The notes beneath the pieces are model-generated. The model worked only from the letters and a program-made list of their open reading frames with translations. It had not been told where the DNA came from and did not search any database. The position numbers were made by a program, and so were the translations under genes. 64,000 nucleotides of DNA from assembly GCA_051878615.1 (NCBI GenBank), contig JBJEKL010000007.1:540-64539 (forward strand), read 5' to 3'. The stretch is from Bacteroidaceae bacterium. GTDB lineage: Bacteria > Bacteroidota > Bacteroidia > Bacteroidales > Bacteroidaceae. Every line of letters starts with the position of its first letter. Position 1 is the first letter of the stretch. Positions 18,315-26,762 of this stretch are shown here, piece after piece.

Positions 18315-20693
18315 TCAATCATGGACGCATACCCGATATTCGGGGAAGTTGGAGAAGGATTGTCCTTCCACTTCATAATAGGGCATGAACTCAAGGTAAT
18401 CACAACCGTCAAGGGTGAAGTGAAGGGGCTTGCCTGCAACAGGTTTCAAACGCGAAACCACCTCCTCCACCTGGCAAGGAACTACCAGTTCGGAGCCTTC
18501 TTTGGTGCAGACCGCCGCTATCAGCAGAGGACCATATTCAAGGGCATAATGTCCCTGTTCGAAGCCCTTTTCCATACCCACATATTTTGTAGTACGGAAT
18601 GAAGCAGGAAGAATGAACTCCACCTTGTCCCCATCTTTCCATGTACGGTTTATCGTAATGTAAGTTCCTGATTTTCCACTATAAGTAGACTTTCCATTCA
18701 CCTTTACCCTCATCTTATCAGAAGCCCATCCCGGTACTCTTATCTTGAGGGAGAAGCGCGTAGGCTGCGTGCATCCCACCATAGCTGAGACATATTTGTC
18801 ATAGGGGAAGTCGGTACGCATGTCCAGGGTAAAAGGCTTACCATCTACCTCATGACTGAGCACAGACGAGGCAAACAAATTGATGAGCACCCCATCGGAA
18901 GCAAGCGAATAAATGTACTCAGGAAGAGAGCCATAAATGCGAGTTCCCTGTCCTTCGCAACAAGTGTTGGTGGCTATCTCGTCCCCTTCGGTGTACCCCA
19001 TCTTCTTGCCATGCATCCTTGCAAAATAAGCGATTCCCTTGTCAGACACCTGATTGGGTATCACCACGTTGTAAAGAGATTTCTCAATCTCAGCATTATA
19101 CTTCTCCTCATAGGGCCAGATATTATGGAAGCGCTGGTTGAGCTTTATCCAGAAGGCGTTGCCACAAAGTTCGCCCGTACGTGCAGTCAAGAAGAGGGAT
19201 TTGGGAGGGTAAGGGAAATAGCCCTCATTGATGGCCAGCGACCCACCGATATGTTCCCAATTGTCATGGAAGAGATCCCAGAATCCTCGTACCGCCTCAA
19301 GGTATTTCTCGTCTCCCGTGACCCTATAGAGGTCCATATAGGGTTCGATGGCTGTTACAAGATAGTTATGTGGACGATCGTAGGGATACTTCCAGATAGC
19401 ATCTGTACTGCGTGCAGCAAGCCATTCCATCCAGTAGTTTTGCTGGTAATATCGTTGCATGACCATAATCTCCTCGGGCTTGCCAACAGGAGAGAAGTAA
19501 GTACGAGTCAGAGGTATGGCTCCCTGAACTCCTTGTCCTGGTCTGAAGAGTATCTCTGGCAGATAAGGTGAGTGTTCAAACCAGTCATAGAATCCACGTA
19601 GCATAGGGAAAGCCTTTGGGTTACCTGCATATCCCGCCTCGAGAAGTCCATGACTGACCCAAGAACGGACATAGGCTCCATTCTCGAAATCAAAGATGGC
19701 TCTCTTGGGATAAGCCATGAGATACCCATCGGGTTCCTTACAAAGGTCGATAACATCAATCATGCTGTCGAGCCGAGCCTTCAAAGGAGCATTGTCCATC
19801 CAGCGAAGAGTTCCTCCGGCACCCATAAGGAAGCGTCCTGCGCTGGATCCCGGCAACTGGGCTGTCCAGAAATAACTATGCCGTCCGCTGCGGGGAGGAA
19901 GGCTCATACCTGCCTTGAGACGGAAATCATAAACCATCTCGTCCAAGGTGAAAGAGTTCATGAGATAAGCGATATTGTTCTCCATGACCTTCCTAAACAG
20001 ACCCTCGCCCAGTCTCACTCCTTTCACAGGTGTCTCCACCACATTAGCCACAGGCTTCCATTTCTCCTGAGGAATCACATTCTGAGGATTGTCTGTCACC
20101 ACAAACTCACCCATAGGTCTCTCGGGACGAGTAAGGGCTTGCACGTTGTTTTCGGGAGCGGGGTTGGACTCGCTTGCCTGACACCCCACGGCAATATCCT
20201 TTCCCTCATACAGAACCATTATCTTCTGCAAGGCCAGCCGGGCGTCACGCAATTGAGTGGCCGTGAGGCGTACGTACCTTGCCGTGGCCTGTTTGCTGAT
20301 GCTCAGGACCTGACCGCTGAATTCGTGAAACTCATCCAAGGTGACATTACGGTCGTAATACATGGCACAAGTGGCAAAGGTGGAGTCGTCACTCACCTCG
20401 ATACGGAATCGAGTGGGGAATCCGCAGGAGAGGAAACTACCCTCCAGATTGTCGGGCAACAACTTGATGGTATCGAAAGTCCTGCTGCTGCCAAGGTCAA
20501 TCTGCACCCAGCGAGTCTGACCATTGTCGGAAGCTGGGGAGACATAATGGGCAAAATAGACGCGAGCGGCACGCTCTACTCCCATACGTGCAGCAGCAAG
20601 TTCGGCTTGATTATCGAAAACGAACTGAGCCCGAGGACTTTCGGTCCCCAAAATACACGCAAGGGTGCATAGCATAATTAGCCTGTTCCTCAT
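18315..20693 (-). CDS. Glycoside hydrolase family 127 (beta-L-arabinofuranosidase-like, DUF1680) with an N-terminal discoidin (F5/8 type C) domain
   Basis: 792 aa with a signal peptide. The discoidin block is RWVQIDLGSSRTFDTIKLL...ARYVRLTA. The GH127-like core includes a Cys-rich TNTCCEGQGTR motif. Confidence 0.75.
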   Translation of the reverse strand: MRNRLIMLCTLACILGTESPRAQFVFDNQAELAAARMGVERAARVYFAHYVSPASDNGQTRWVQIDLGSSRTFDTIKLLPDNLEGSFLSCGFPTRFRIEVSDDSTFATCAMYYDRNVTLDEFHEFSGQVLSISKQATARYVRLTATQLRDARLALQKIMVLYEGKDIAVGCQASESNPAPENNVQALTRPERPMGEFVVTDNPQNVIPQEKWKPVANVVETPVKGVRLGEGLFRKVMENNIAYLMNSFTLDEMVYDFRLKAGMSLPPRSGRHSYFWTAQLPGSSAGRFLMGAGGTLRWMDNAPLKARLDSMIDVIDLCKEPDGYLMAYPKRAIFDFENGAYVRSWVSHGLLEAGYAGNPKAFPMLRGFYDWFEHSPYLPEILFRPGQGVQGAIPLTRTYFSPVGKPEEIMVMQRYYQQNYWMEWLAARSTDAIWKYPYDRPHNYLVTAIEPYMDLYRVTGDEKYLEAVRGFWDLFHDNWEHIGGSLAINEGYFPYPPKSLFLTARTGELCGNAFWIKLNQRFHNIWPYEEKYNAEIEKSLYNVVIPNQVSDKGIAYFARMHGKKMGYTEGDEIATNTCCEGQGTRIYGSLPEYIYSLASDGVLINLFASSVLSHEVDGKPFTLDMRTDFPYDKYVSAMVGCTQPTRFSLKIRVPGWASDKMRVKVNGKSTYSGKSGTYITINRTWKDGDKVEFILPASFRTTKYVGMEKGFEQGHYALEYGPLLIAAVCTKEGSELVVPCQVEEVVSRLKPVAGKPLHFTLDGCDYLEFMPYYEVEGQSFSNFPEYRVCVHD

Positions 20694-20790
20694 ACCTGCA
20701 TTGTTTGTTTTTAGACAATATCGACGCGGGAAAAGACGTGTTGCGTACTAAAACATGCATCGGTACGCCCATAAACGCTCTCCGTAATTA

Positions 20791-20798
20791 CAAAATTA
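20791..20798 (-). promoter_or_regulatory. -7 box TAATTTTG (minus strand) upstream of the GH127 gene
   Basis: The reverse complement of caaaatta matches TAnnTTTG, about 100 nt before the start. Confidence 0.35.
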
Positions 20799-21060
20799 CA
20801 TAAATCCGTAAAATAAACATAGAGTCACTCTCAGAATTCACACCCCCGAACATGAGATTAAGGAAAGGCACAACAAGCACATACCACCAAATTGACGTAC
20901 CTTTGTGTCGTGCCTTCTCCCCGATTCTACCACAACACCATTCTGGAAGTAATACCAACAGAAGCAAAAAGAAGAAGTGGACGGAGTACAAGACCGAATC
21001 AAGCTCTCATCGGAGCCATAGGCCACAACAGATTACAGAAACAATAATCAGAAAAGAACT

Positions 21061-21633
21061 ATGACAGAATACGAAAAGATGCTGCGAGGCGAAGTTTATA
21101 ACGGAGCAGAACCTGGTCTGAAGGACATGCTGAACAGATGCAAGGATCTATGTAGAGAATACAACAACATACGGCCAACTCTGTTAAAAGAGAGAAACAG
21201 AAAACTGCAGGAGATTCTGGGAGTCTGTGACGAGGATACCTTCATCAACCAACCCTTCCTCTGCGACTATGGAAAGCACATCAGAGTGGGACACCATTTC
21301 TTTGCCAACTTCAACCTCGTGATACTGGACGAGGCTTCCGTCACGATAGGAGACAACTGTTTTGTGGGCCCCAACGTAAGTATATATACGCCATGCCATA
21401 GCATCATTCCCGAAGAAAGAAACACCATGCGCCAATGGGCCAGGCCTGTCACGATAGGCAATAACGTGTGGATAGGTGGTAGCGTGACCATATTGCCAGG
21501 TGTAAGCATAGGAGACAACGTGACCATAGGAGCAGGAAGCGTGGTGGTGAAAGACATCCCGTCGGACTGCGTAGCCGTAGGCAATCCTGCTAAAGTGGTG
21601 AAACACATCCTTCACGGAGGAGTCCTCGAGTGA
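21061..21633 (+). CDS. maa: Maltose/galactoside O-acetyltransferase (hexapeptide-repeat)
   Basis: 190 aa. The Maa N-terminal block is MTEYEKMLRGEVYN...L...R...CREYN, followed by left-handed beta-helix repeats (IGDNCFVGPNV, IGNNVWIGGSV, IGDNVTIGAGSVV). Confidence 0.85.
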   Translation: MTEYEKMLRGEVYNGAEPGLKDMLNRCKDLCREYNNIRPTLLKERNRKLQEILGVCDEDTFINQPFLCDYGKHIRVGHHFFANFNLVILDEASVTIGDNCFVGPNVSIYTPCHSIIPEERNTMRQWARPVTIGNNVWIGGSVTILPGVSIGDNVTIGAGSVVVKDIPSDCVAVGNPAKVVKHILHGGVLE

Positions 21634-21658
21634 AATTTCCTGATATGATACTCACTCA

Positions 21659-21694
21659 CCTTTAACCCAAATCTAACGACCGATTTGGGTTAAA
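21659..21694. repeat. REP-like hairpin (14-bp perfect stem) of the AACCCAAATCGG family
   Basis: CTTTAACCCAAATC-taacgacc-GATTTGGGTTAAAG, located 26 nt after the maa stop codon. Confidence 0.8.
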
Positions 21695-21718
21695 GGGAAT
21701 TTCTCCATTCCCATTTTT
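21694..21718 (+). terminator. Small hairpin plus T-run after maa
   Basis: GGGAAT-ttctcc-ATTCCC followed by ATTTTTT. Confidence 0.5.
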
Positions 21719-21791
21719 TCTACCGAGCCTTTGTCGTCGCTAACAGACCACAGTATTTCCCAGTTTCCCCGTCGTTTTCGTTTCTTTGTTG

Positions 21792-21799
21792 TACCTTTG
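21792..21799 (+). promoter_or_regulatory. -7 box TACCTTTG upstream of yciH
   Basis: TAnnTTTG match 20 nt before the ATG. Confidence 0.45.
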
Positions 21800-21818
21800 C
21801 TAAAATTAAGAAAAGAAT

Positions 21819-22295
21819 ATGGCAGACTGGAAAAGTGCTTTGGCCACTCTCAGGCCCAACAATAAAAGCCAAGAAGATGATAAAAAATCCGGAGAAGTGG
21901 AGAAGAGGAAACGCGTAGGCGTAGTCTACTCCACCAATCCCAACTATGATTATCAGGAAGATGAGGAGCAGGAAATCCCCACCCTACCCAAGAATCAGCA
22001 AAGGCTAAGGCTGAGTGTGGAGCGGGCAGGACGTGGCGGGAAGACAGTCACCCTGATAAAAGGATTCGTGGGCACAGACTCTGACAAGGAAGCCTTATGC
22101 CGACTCATCAAACAGAAATATGGTGTGGGAGGATCCGTCAATCGACCGAGCAGCAAAAACCATCAGAATCCCTCAGATGCTCAAGGCAACAAGAAGGAAA
22201 ACACGAGCAAGGATAACGAAATTGTCATACAAGGCGACCTTCGTGCCAAACTGGTGGAGTTACTCATCAAGGAGGGCTACACACAAACTAAATAA
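21819..22295 (+). CDS. yciH: SUI1/YciH-family translation initiation factor with an internal polar insertion
   Basis: 158 aa. The SUI1 core is RLSVERAGRGGKTVTLIKGF...KQKYGVGGSV...EIVIQGD. A TACCTTTG -7 box lies at 21792-21799. Confidence 0.8.
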   Translation: MADWKSALATLRPNNKSQEDDKKSGEVEKRKRVGVVYSTNPNYDYQEDEEQEIPTLPKNQQRLRLSVERAGRGGKTVTLIKGFVGTDSDKEALCRLIKQKYGVGGSVNRPSSKNHQNPSDAQGNKKENTSKDNEIVIQGDLRAKLVELLIKEGYTQTK

Positions 22296-22317
22296 CATTT
22301 AATAAAGAAGATAGATT

Positions 22318-22470
22318 ATGAAAAGAACTATTTTTCCTCTCATTATCGCGCTTTTATTGAGCCATTGCATGCTTGCCGGACGCGAGGGCGAGGAAGGAAC
22401 TGCCCGCAGACTTGATATGGAACTGGAATACGGAGAAGTCTTTGACTGTTTCTGTCTGCTTCAAGAATAG
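22318..22470 (+). CDS. Possible 50-aa exported small protein (not in the supplied ORF track)
   Basis: Reading ATG to TAG by eye gives MKRTIFPLIIALLLSHCMLAGREGEEGTARRLDMELEYGEVFDCFCLLQE. It has a hydrophobic signal with a possible lipobox Cys and starts 23 nt after the yciH stop. There is no homology evidence. Confidence 0.3.
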   Translation: MKRTIFPLIIALLLSHCMLAGREGEEGTARRLDMELEYGEVFDCFCLLQE

Positions 22471-22538
22471 AATACCCATCAAAACCTGCAGAAGACAAAC
22501 CTATATAGATGCAAAAGCACATAAAATCCTCTAAGTAT

Positions 22539-22766
22539 ATGGCAAAAATTCTCATCAAGGACACGACCATGAGCGAGCGAGCACAGATAGTACGTGAGGC
22601 ACTCGGAGCCGACAGCGATTGCGAAGGGATCGACCTGGCAGACATGTATGACGACTATATCTACGGACTGAGGGAACTGGCGGACATCAATCGCGAGTTC
22701 AGCGAAAAGCATGCGGGTACATTTGTAGCACCCATAGAACATCTCCAGAGATGGAACGAAGAGTGA
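22539..22766 (+). CDS. Hypothetical acidic 75-aa protein (85 aa if started at 22509)
   Basis: ORF 22509..22766. Its TGA overlaps an in-frame ATG of the downstream GT2 gene (TGATG at 22764-22768), which suggests translational coupling. I recognise no family. Confidence 0.4.
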   Translation: MAKILIKDTTMSERAQIVREALGADSDCEGIDLADMYDDYIYGLRELADINREFSEKHAGTFVAPIEHLQRWNEE

Positions 22767-23692
22767 TGACAGATAACATAAAAGGGATGTATACGGAGAT
22801 TTCCATTCTGTTGCCTGCGTACAACAACGTGTGTCTGCCACTTGTAGAAGACCTGCAGAAACAAGCCTCGACAATACCTGGACTGCAATATGAGATTCTC
22901 GTGGCTGATGACGGTTCAACCAACGAAGAAGTTGTCAGAAAAAACAGACTCATCAACCGTCTGCATGGTTGCAGATATATAGAGAGGCAAAAGAACACCG
23001 GACGGGCTGCCATACGTAACTTTCTGTCCAGGGAAGCACAATATGGGCGCATGCTGTTTGTAGATAGTGACTTGCACGTGTGCTCACCCTTGTTTCTTCA
23101 GGACTATGTGGAGGCGGAGGGAGATGTAATCGTGGGCGGACTCCGAAAGGGAGGAGATGCCAAACGTCTGACGACAAACCTAAGATACAGATATGAGACG
23201 GATTATCAGCACAAACATGACTTCCAGCACAGGAAAAAGGCTGGAGACAAGGACTTCAGCGCAGCCTGTTTCCTGGCAACGAGACAGGTGATGACGACAT
23301 GCCCCTTCGACGAGAACTTCAAAGGCTACGGATACGAAGACGTGCTCCTGGGCAAGAGTTTCTCCACCCACGGTTTCCACATCTCGCATATCGACAATCC
23401 TCTCCTGATGGACAAATACGAGGACAACGAAACCTATCTGCAGAAGACCGAGGAGGCATGCCGAACTTTGTTCCACTTCAGGACTGAACTACAGGGATAC
23501 TCCAAACTGATTCTATGGCAAGAGAAACTGCAGAAACACCCTCTCCTGTATGCCGTATTGAACAAGGCTTATCCTTGGATAGGACCATGTATAAGAAAAT
23601 TCCTGGAAGGAAAATACCCCTCTGTAACCCTTTTCAACGCATACAAACTTATCTACTACATTCATCTCACCTGTGGGCATGATGCCAAGTGA
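22751..23692 (+). CDS. Glycosyltransferase family 2
   Basis: 313 aa with ISILLPAYNN...EILVADDGSTNEE and downstream acidic DSD/ED motifs. An alternative start lies at 22766. Confidence 0.8.
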   Translation: MERRVMTDNIKGMYTEISILLPAYNNVCLPLVEDLQKQASTIPGLQYEILVADDGSTNEEVVRKNRLINRLHGCRYIERQKNTGRAAIRNFLSREAQYGRMLFVDSDLHVCSPLFLQDYVEAEGDVIVGGLRKGGDAKRLTTNLRYRYETDYQHKHDFQHRKKAGDKDFSAACFLATRQVMTTCPFDENFKGYGYEDVLLGKSFSTHGFHISHIDNPLLMDKYEDNETYLQKTEEACRTLFHFRTELQGYSKLILWQEKLQKHPLLYAVLNKAYPWIGPCIRKFLEGKYPSVTLFNAYKLIYYIHLTCGHDAK

Positions 23693-23707
23693 TACCAAAA
23701 CCAGAGA

Positions 23708-24706
23708 ATGGAAAAGAAGAGCACAAGCATATTCCAACGGCCCTTGTGGGTATCCATCTTCGCCCTTACTGCCGCCATGGTATGGGGATGGGCCTACCCA
23801 CTCATCAAACTAGGTTTTGAGGAGTTTCAGATAACGCCAGATTTGACCGGCAGCAAAATTCTGTTTGCCGGAATCCGCTTTGGCATCTCCGGACTCATCG
23901 TGCTGGCAATAGCCTGTTGCACAAGGAAAAGTTTTGCCGTACGAAGAAAGAGCGACTGGTGGTTCGTATTGCTTTTCACTCTACTCAACACCACTCTACA
24001 TTACACCTGTTTCTACATCGGACTCTCCCATGCGCCAGGAGCACGGTCGGCCATCATGAATTCCCTAAGTGTATTCGCTGTGGTCATCCTGGCTTGTATC
24101 TTCTTCAAAAGCGACAGGATGAACATGCGCAAACTGACAGGATGCCTTGTGGGATTTGCCGGCATCATGATTCTCAACACAGGAGGGAAGGAAAGCGGAG
24201 CGCTCACCCTGATGGGTGACGGCATGATTATTCTCAACGCCCTGTGCGGAGCAGCTGCTTCTCTGCTGGCCCGAGGACTAGGCACGCGCGTAAATGTGTT
24301 TGTCGGCACAGGTTATAGCCTGGCTTTCGGAGGAGCCCTGCTGGTAATTATGGGATTGATTGCAGGAGGTACCCTGCCCCACATCACGCTCAGGGGCATC
24401 ATGTACCTCATTCTGCTGATAGGCATCAGCACAATAAGATTTACCCTATACAACAAACTTCTCACCTGCAACCCCGTAGGCAAGGTGGCCATCTACAACT
24501 CCCTGATACCCGTCATAGGAGCGGTCACCAGTTGCTTATGTCTGGGTGAAACCTTCTATTGGAAATATGTCATCGCCGGCACTCTGGCTGCTACAGGCAT
24601 ATTCATCATCAACTTTTCACCACACACATCTTGCTCACGTCATGAATTTCCGCTAACTTTATCGTCTGATACGGAGAATGTTCTCCAAAAAAGGAGAAAA
24701 GCCTGA
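23708..24706 (+). CDS. DMT-superfamily (EamA-type) transporter
   Basis: 332 aa, about 10 predicted TM helices arranged as two EamA-like halves. Confidence 0.8.
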   Translation: MEKKSTSIFQRPLWVSIFALTAAMVWGWAYPLIKLGFEEFQITPDLTGSKILFAGIRFGISGLIVLAIACCTRKSFAVRRKSDWWFVLLFTLLNTTLHYTCFYIGLSHAPGARSAIMNSLSVFAVVILACIFFKSDRMNMRKLTGCLVGFAGIMILNTGGKESGALTLMGDGMIILNALCGAAASLLARGLGTRVNVFVGTGYSLAFGGALLVIMGLIAGGTLPHITLRGIMYLILLIGISTIRFTLYNKLLTCNPVGKVAIYNSLIPVIGAVTSCLCLGETFYWKYVIAGTLAATGIFIINFSPHTSCSRHEFPLTLSSDTENVLQKRRKA

Positions 24707-24748
24707 TGAATTTAAGCCAAACAGGAAACGAACAAAAGTGAAACAGAA

Positions 24749-25390
24749 ATGAAGATCACCACCCTAATCATGATTGCAGGGCTCATGCTTGCAGGCTGCA
24801 ATACAGAAAAGACACAAGAGAATGCACCTAACCAGGGCACGACAAACGTAGTGACAGAAACCATCATGGCACGCAGATCCATACGCCATTACACCGATCA
24901 GCCCGTGAGCAGGGACACCCTGCAGAAATTGGCAGAATACGGAGTAAACGCCCCCAATGCCCGCAACATGCAGGAATGGGCCATACGCATCGTGGATGAC
25001 CAGCAATATCTGGATGGGGTGACCGAGTTGATGAAGACATCCATGCCGCTTTTTGCAAACGACGACGACCCCAAGTTCCGCAACGGATTCCGCAACGCCA
25101 CCGCAGTCATCTTCGTAGCGGCGCCCTCTGACGAACACGGAATGAACCTGATCAACTTAGGTGCCTTGTGCCAGAACATCTGTCTGGCAGCACAATCCAT
25201 GGGATTGGGAAGTGTCGTCATGGGTGGCCCCACAATGTTCATGAGCACAAATCCCGAGGCAAAGCCATATCTGGAACGCCTGAATCTGCCTGAAGGATAC
25301 CGTCTGCGCATATGTGTAGGCGTAGGTTATCCCGATGAAGCACCTGAAGCAAAACCAAGAGACATGAGCAAGATAGAGTTCATGAAATAA
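24749..25390 (+). CDS. Nitroreductase-family protein with a lipoprotein signal
   Basis: 213 aa. Signal MKITTLIMIAGLMLAGC is followed by the nitroreductase signature RRSIRHYTDQPV...NAPNARNMQEW. Confidence 0.8.
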   Translation: MKITTLIMIAGLMLAGCNTEKTQENAPNQGTTNVVTETIMARRSIRHYTDQPVSRDTLQKLAEYGVNAPNARNMQEWAIRIVDDQQYLDGVTELMKTSMPLFANDDDPKFRNGFRNATAVIFVAAPSDEHGMNLINLGALCQNICLAAQSMGLGSVVMGGPTMFMSTNPEAKPYLERLNLPEGYRLRICVGVGYPDEAPEAKPRDMSKIEFMK

Positions 25391-25441
25391 CAGTCATCCA
25401 TCAGCCACACAACAACAGGACCTCGAAAACAGTAGAACCGC

Positions 25442-25906
25442 ATGGAATACATGTCACAGGAGTGCTACGACAAACTTGTAGCAGAACTGAACGAACTGAT
25501 AAACGTAGAGCTGCCCAAGGTGAAGAACGAAATATCGGAGGCACGAGACAAAGGTGATCTGAGCGAGAACTTTGAATATCATGCCGCCAAACGCGCTCAG
25601 GGAAAACTTCTGGGACGAATACGTTTTAAGCAAAGAGTCCTGCAATTCGCCCGAGTAATGGACACCTCCCATCTGGAAAGCGACGTGGTGGGACTATTCC
25701 GAAAGGTGGAGCTGACCAACATGGTCACAAGCGCAAAGATGACATACACCATTGTAAACCCACATGAAGCCAATCTGAGAGAAGGAAAAATATCCATCAA
25801 GTCCCCCATCGCAGAAGCGCTTTTGGGGAAAAAGGCAGGCCAAGAGGTGGAAGTGCACGTGCCCGCTGGTATCCTGAAACTCAAGATTGAAAGCATCAGC
25901 ATGTAA
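25442..25906 (+). CDS. greA: Transcription elongation factor GreA
   Basis: 154 aa with ARDKGDLSENFEYHAAKRAQG and a C-terminal ISIKSPIAEALLGKKAGQEVEV block. Confidence 0.9.
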   Translation: MEYMSQECYDKLVAELNELINVELPKVKNEISEARDKGDLSENFEYHAAKRAQGKLLGRIRFKQRVLQFARVMDTSHLESDVVGLFRKVELTNMVTSAKMTYTIVNPHEANLREGKISIKSPIAEALLGKKAGQEVEVHVPAGILKLKIESISM

Positions 25907-25963
25907 CCTTTACACACGCCCGACCATACCGAAAATTTTCAACCATATCATAAACACATCAGA

Positions 25964-26494
25964 ATGAACACATCCAACAGACGACTGATCGTTGCAGCAT
26001 TGGTTATGATGGCAGCCACCACAGGCCTGACATCAACGGCACAGGAAAGAAAGGAAGAAGAGAAATTGCAAAAGGCAAAGACGACCTTTGTGGAAGGCAC
26101 ACAATCTGCAGGTAAGGAAGGATCCGCCATGGTGGCAGACGGCCACAAATGGACAAAATGGTGCGTGGATGCTCCCCAAGAGATGCCCTACCACGTGACA
26201 ATAGACGCCACGAAGGCCGTGTCCCTGAAGGCCTATGCCCTGGTTACCGCCGAAGACACACACACCTATCCCACACGTAATCCCATAGCCTGGAACGTGT
26301 ACGGGAGCAACGACCGTAAGGAATGGACACTTGTGGATAATGTGAAATATAACCGACAGCTGCGCGACGAAAACGAACAGACCTATCTCTTCGGTATCAA
26401 GGAAAGCAAGGCGTGGAGATATTACAGGTTTGAATTCACAAGAATGACCGAAGGCACTCGCCTACAACTTGCTGAAATAGAACTCTACGAATAA
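25964..26494 (+). CDS. Secreted stand-alone discoidin (F5/8 type C) domain protein
   Basis: 176 aa with a signal peptide. Discoidin-type blocks are KWTKWCVD, AYALVTAEDT, PIAWNVYGSND and WRYYRFEF...LQLAEIELY. Confidence 0.65.
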   Translation: MNTSNRRLIVAALVMMAATTGLTSTAQERKEEEKLQKAKTTFVEGTQSAGKEGSAMVADGHKWTKWCVDAPQEMPYHVTIDATKAVSLKAYALVTAEDTHTYPTRNPIAWNVYGSNDRKEWTLVDNVKYNRQLRDENEQTYLFGIKESKAWRYYRFEFTRMTEGTRLQLAEIELYE

Positions 26495-26673
26495 GTCCTT
26501 GGGAGGGAAATTTTCCCCGATTCAGACCCCACACGTACCAGCAGCCAATGCGAAGAGAAAGTATGCGCCCCAACCCAAGATGCTTTTCAGGCTATCTCGG
26601 CATATCAGATGACAATTTCGGCAGAAGAGAGAAAAAAGGTGCCGACCCACATCTGCATTTCAGAAAAAGCCTC

Positions 26674-26681
26674 TAAATTTG
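26674..26681 (+). promoter_or_regulatory. -7 box TAAATTTG upstream of the rubrerythrin gene
   Basis: TAnnTTTG match 82 nt before the ATG. Confidence 0.4.
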
Positions 26682-26762
26682 TTATCGACAAATCGCAACA
26701 CCCACGACATATGGCGTGAGATGCGAGAAGGATATAGATTACGAACTTAAATTATTACGACT

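Noticed and set aside
26570-26630. A degenerate copy of the REP 20-mer upstream of rubrerythrin (…AACCCAAGATG… and …ATCAGATGACAATTTCGG…).
   Set aside because: It matches only about 14 of 18 positions on one arm and has a weak second arm. This is too degenerate to call without a profile built from genome-wide copies.
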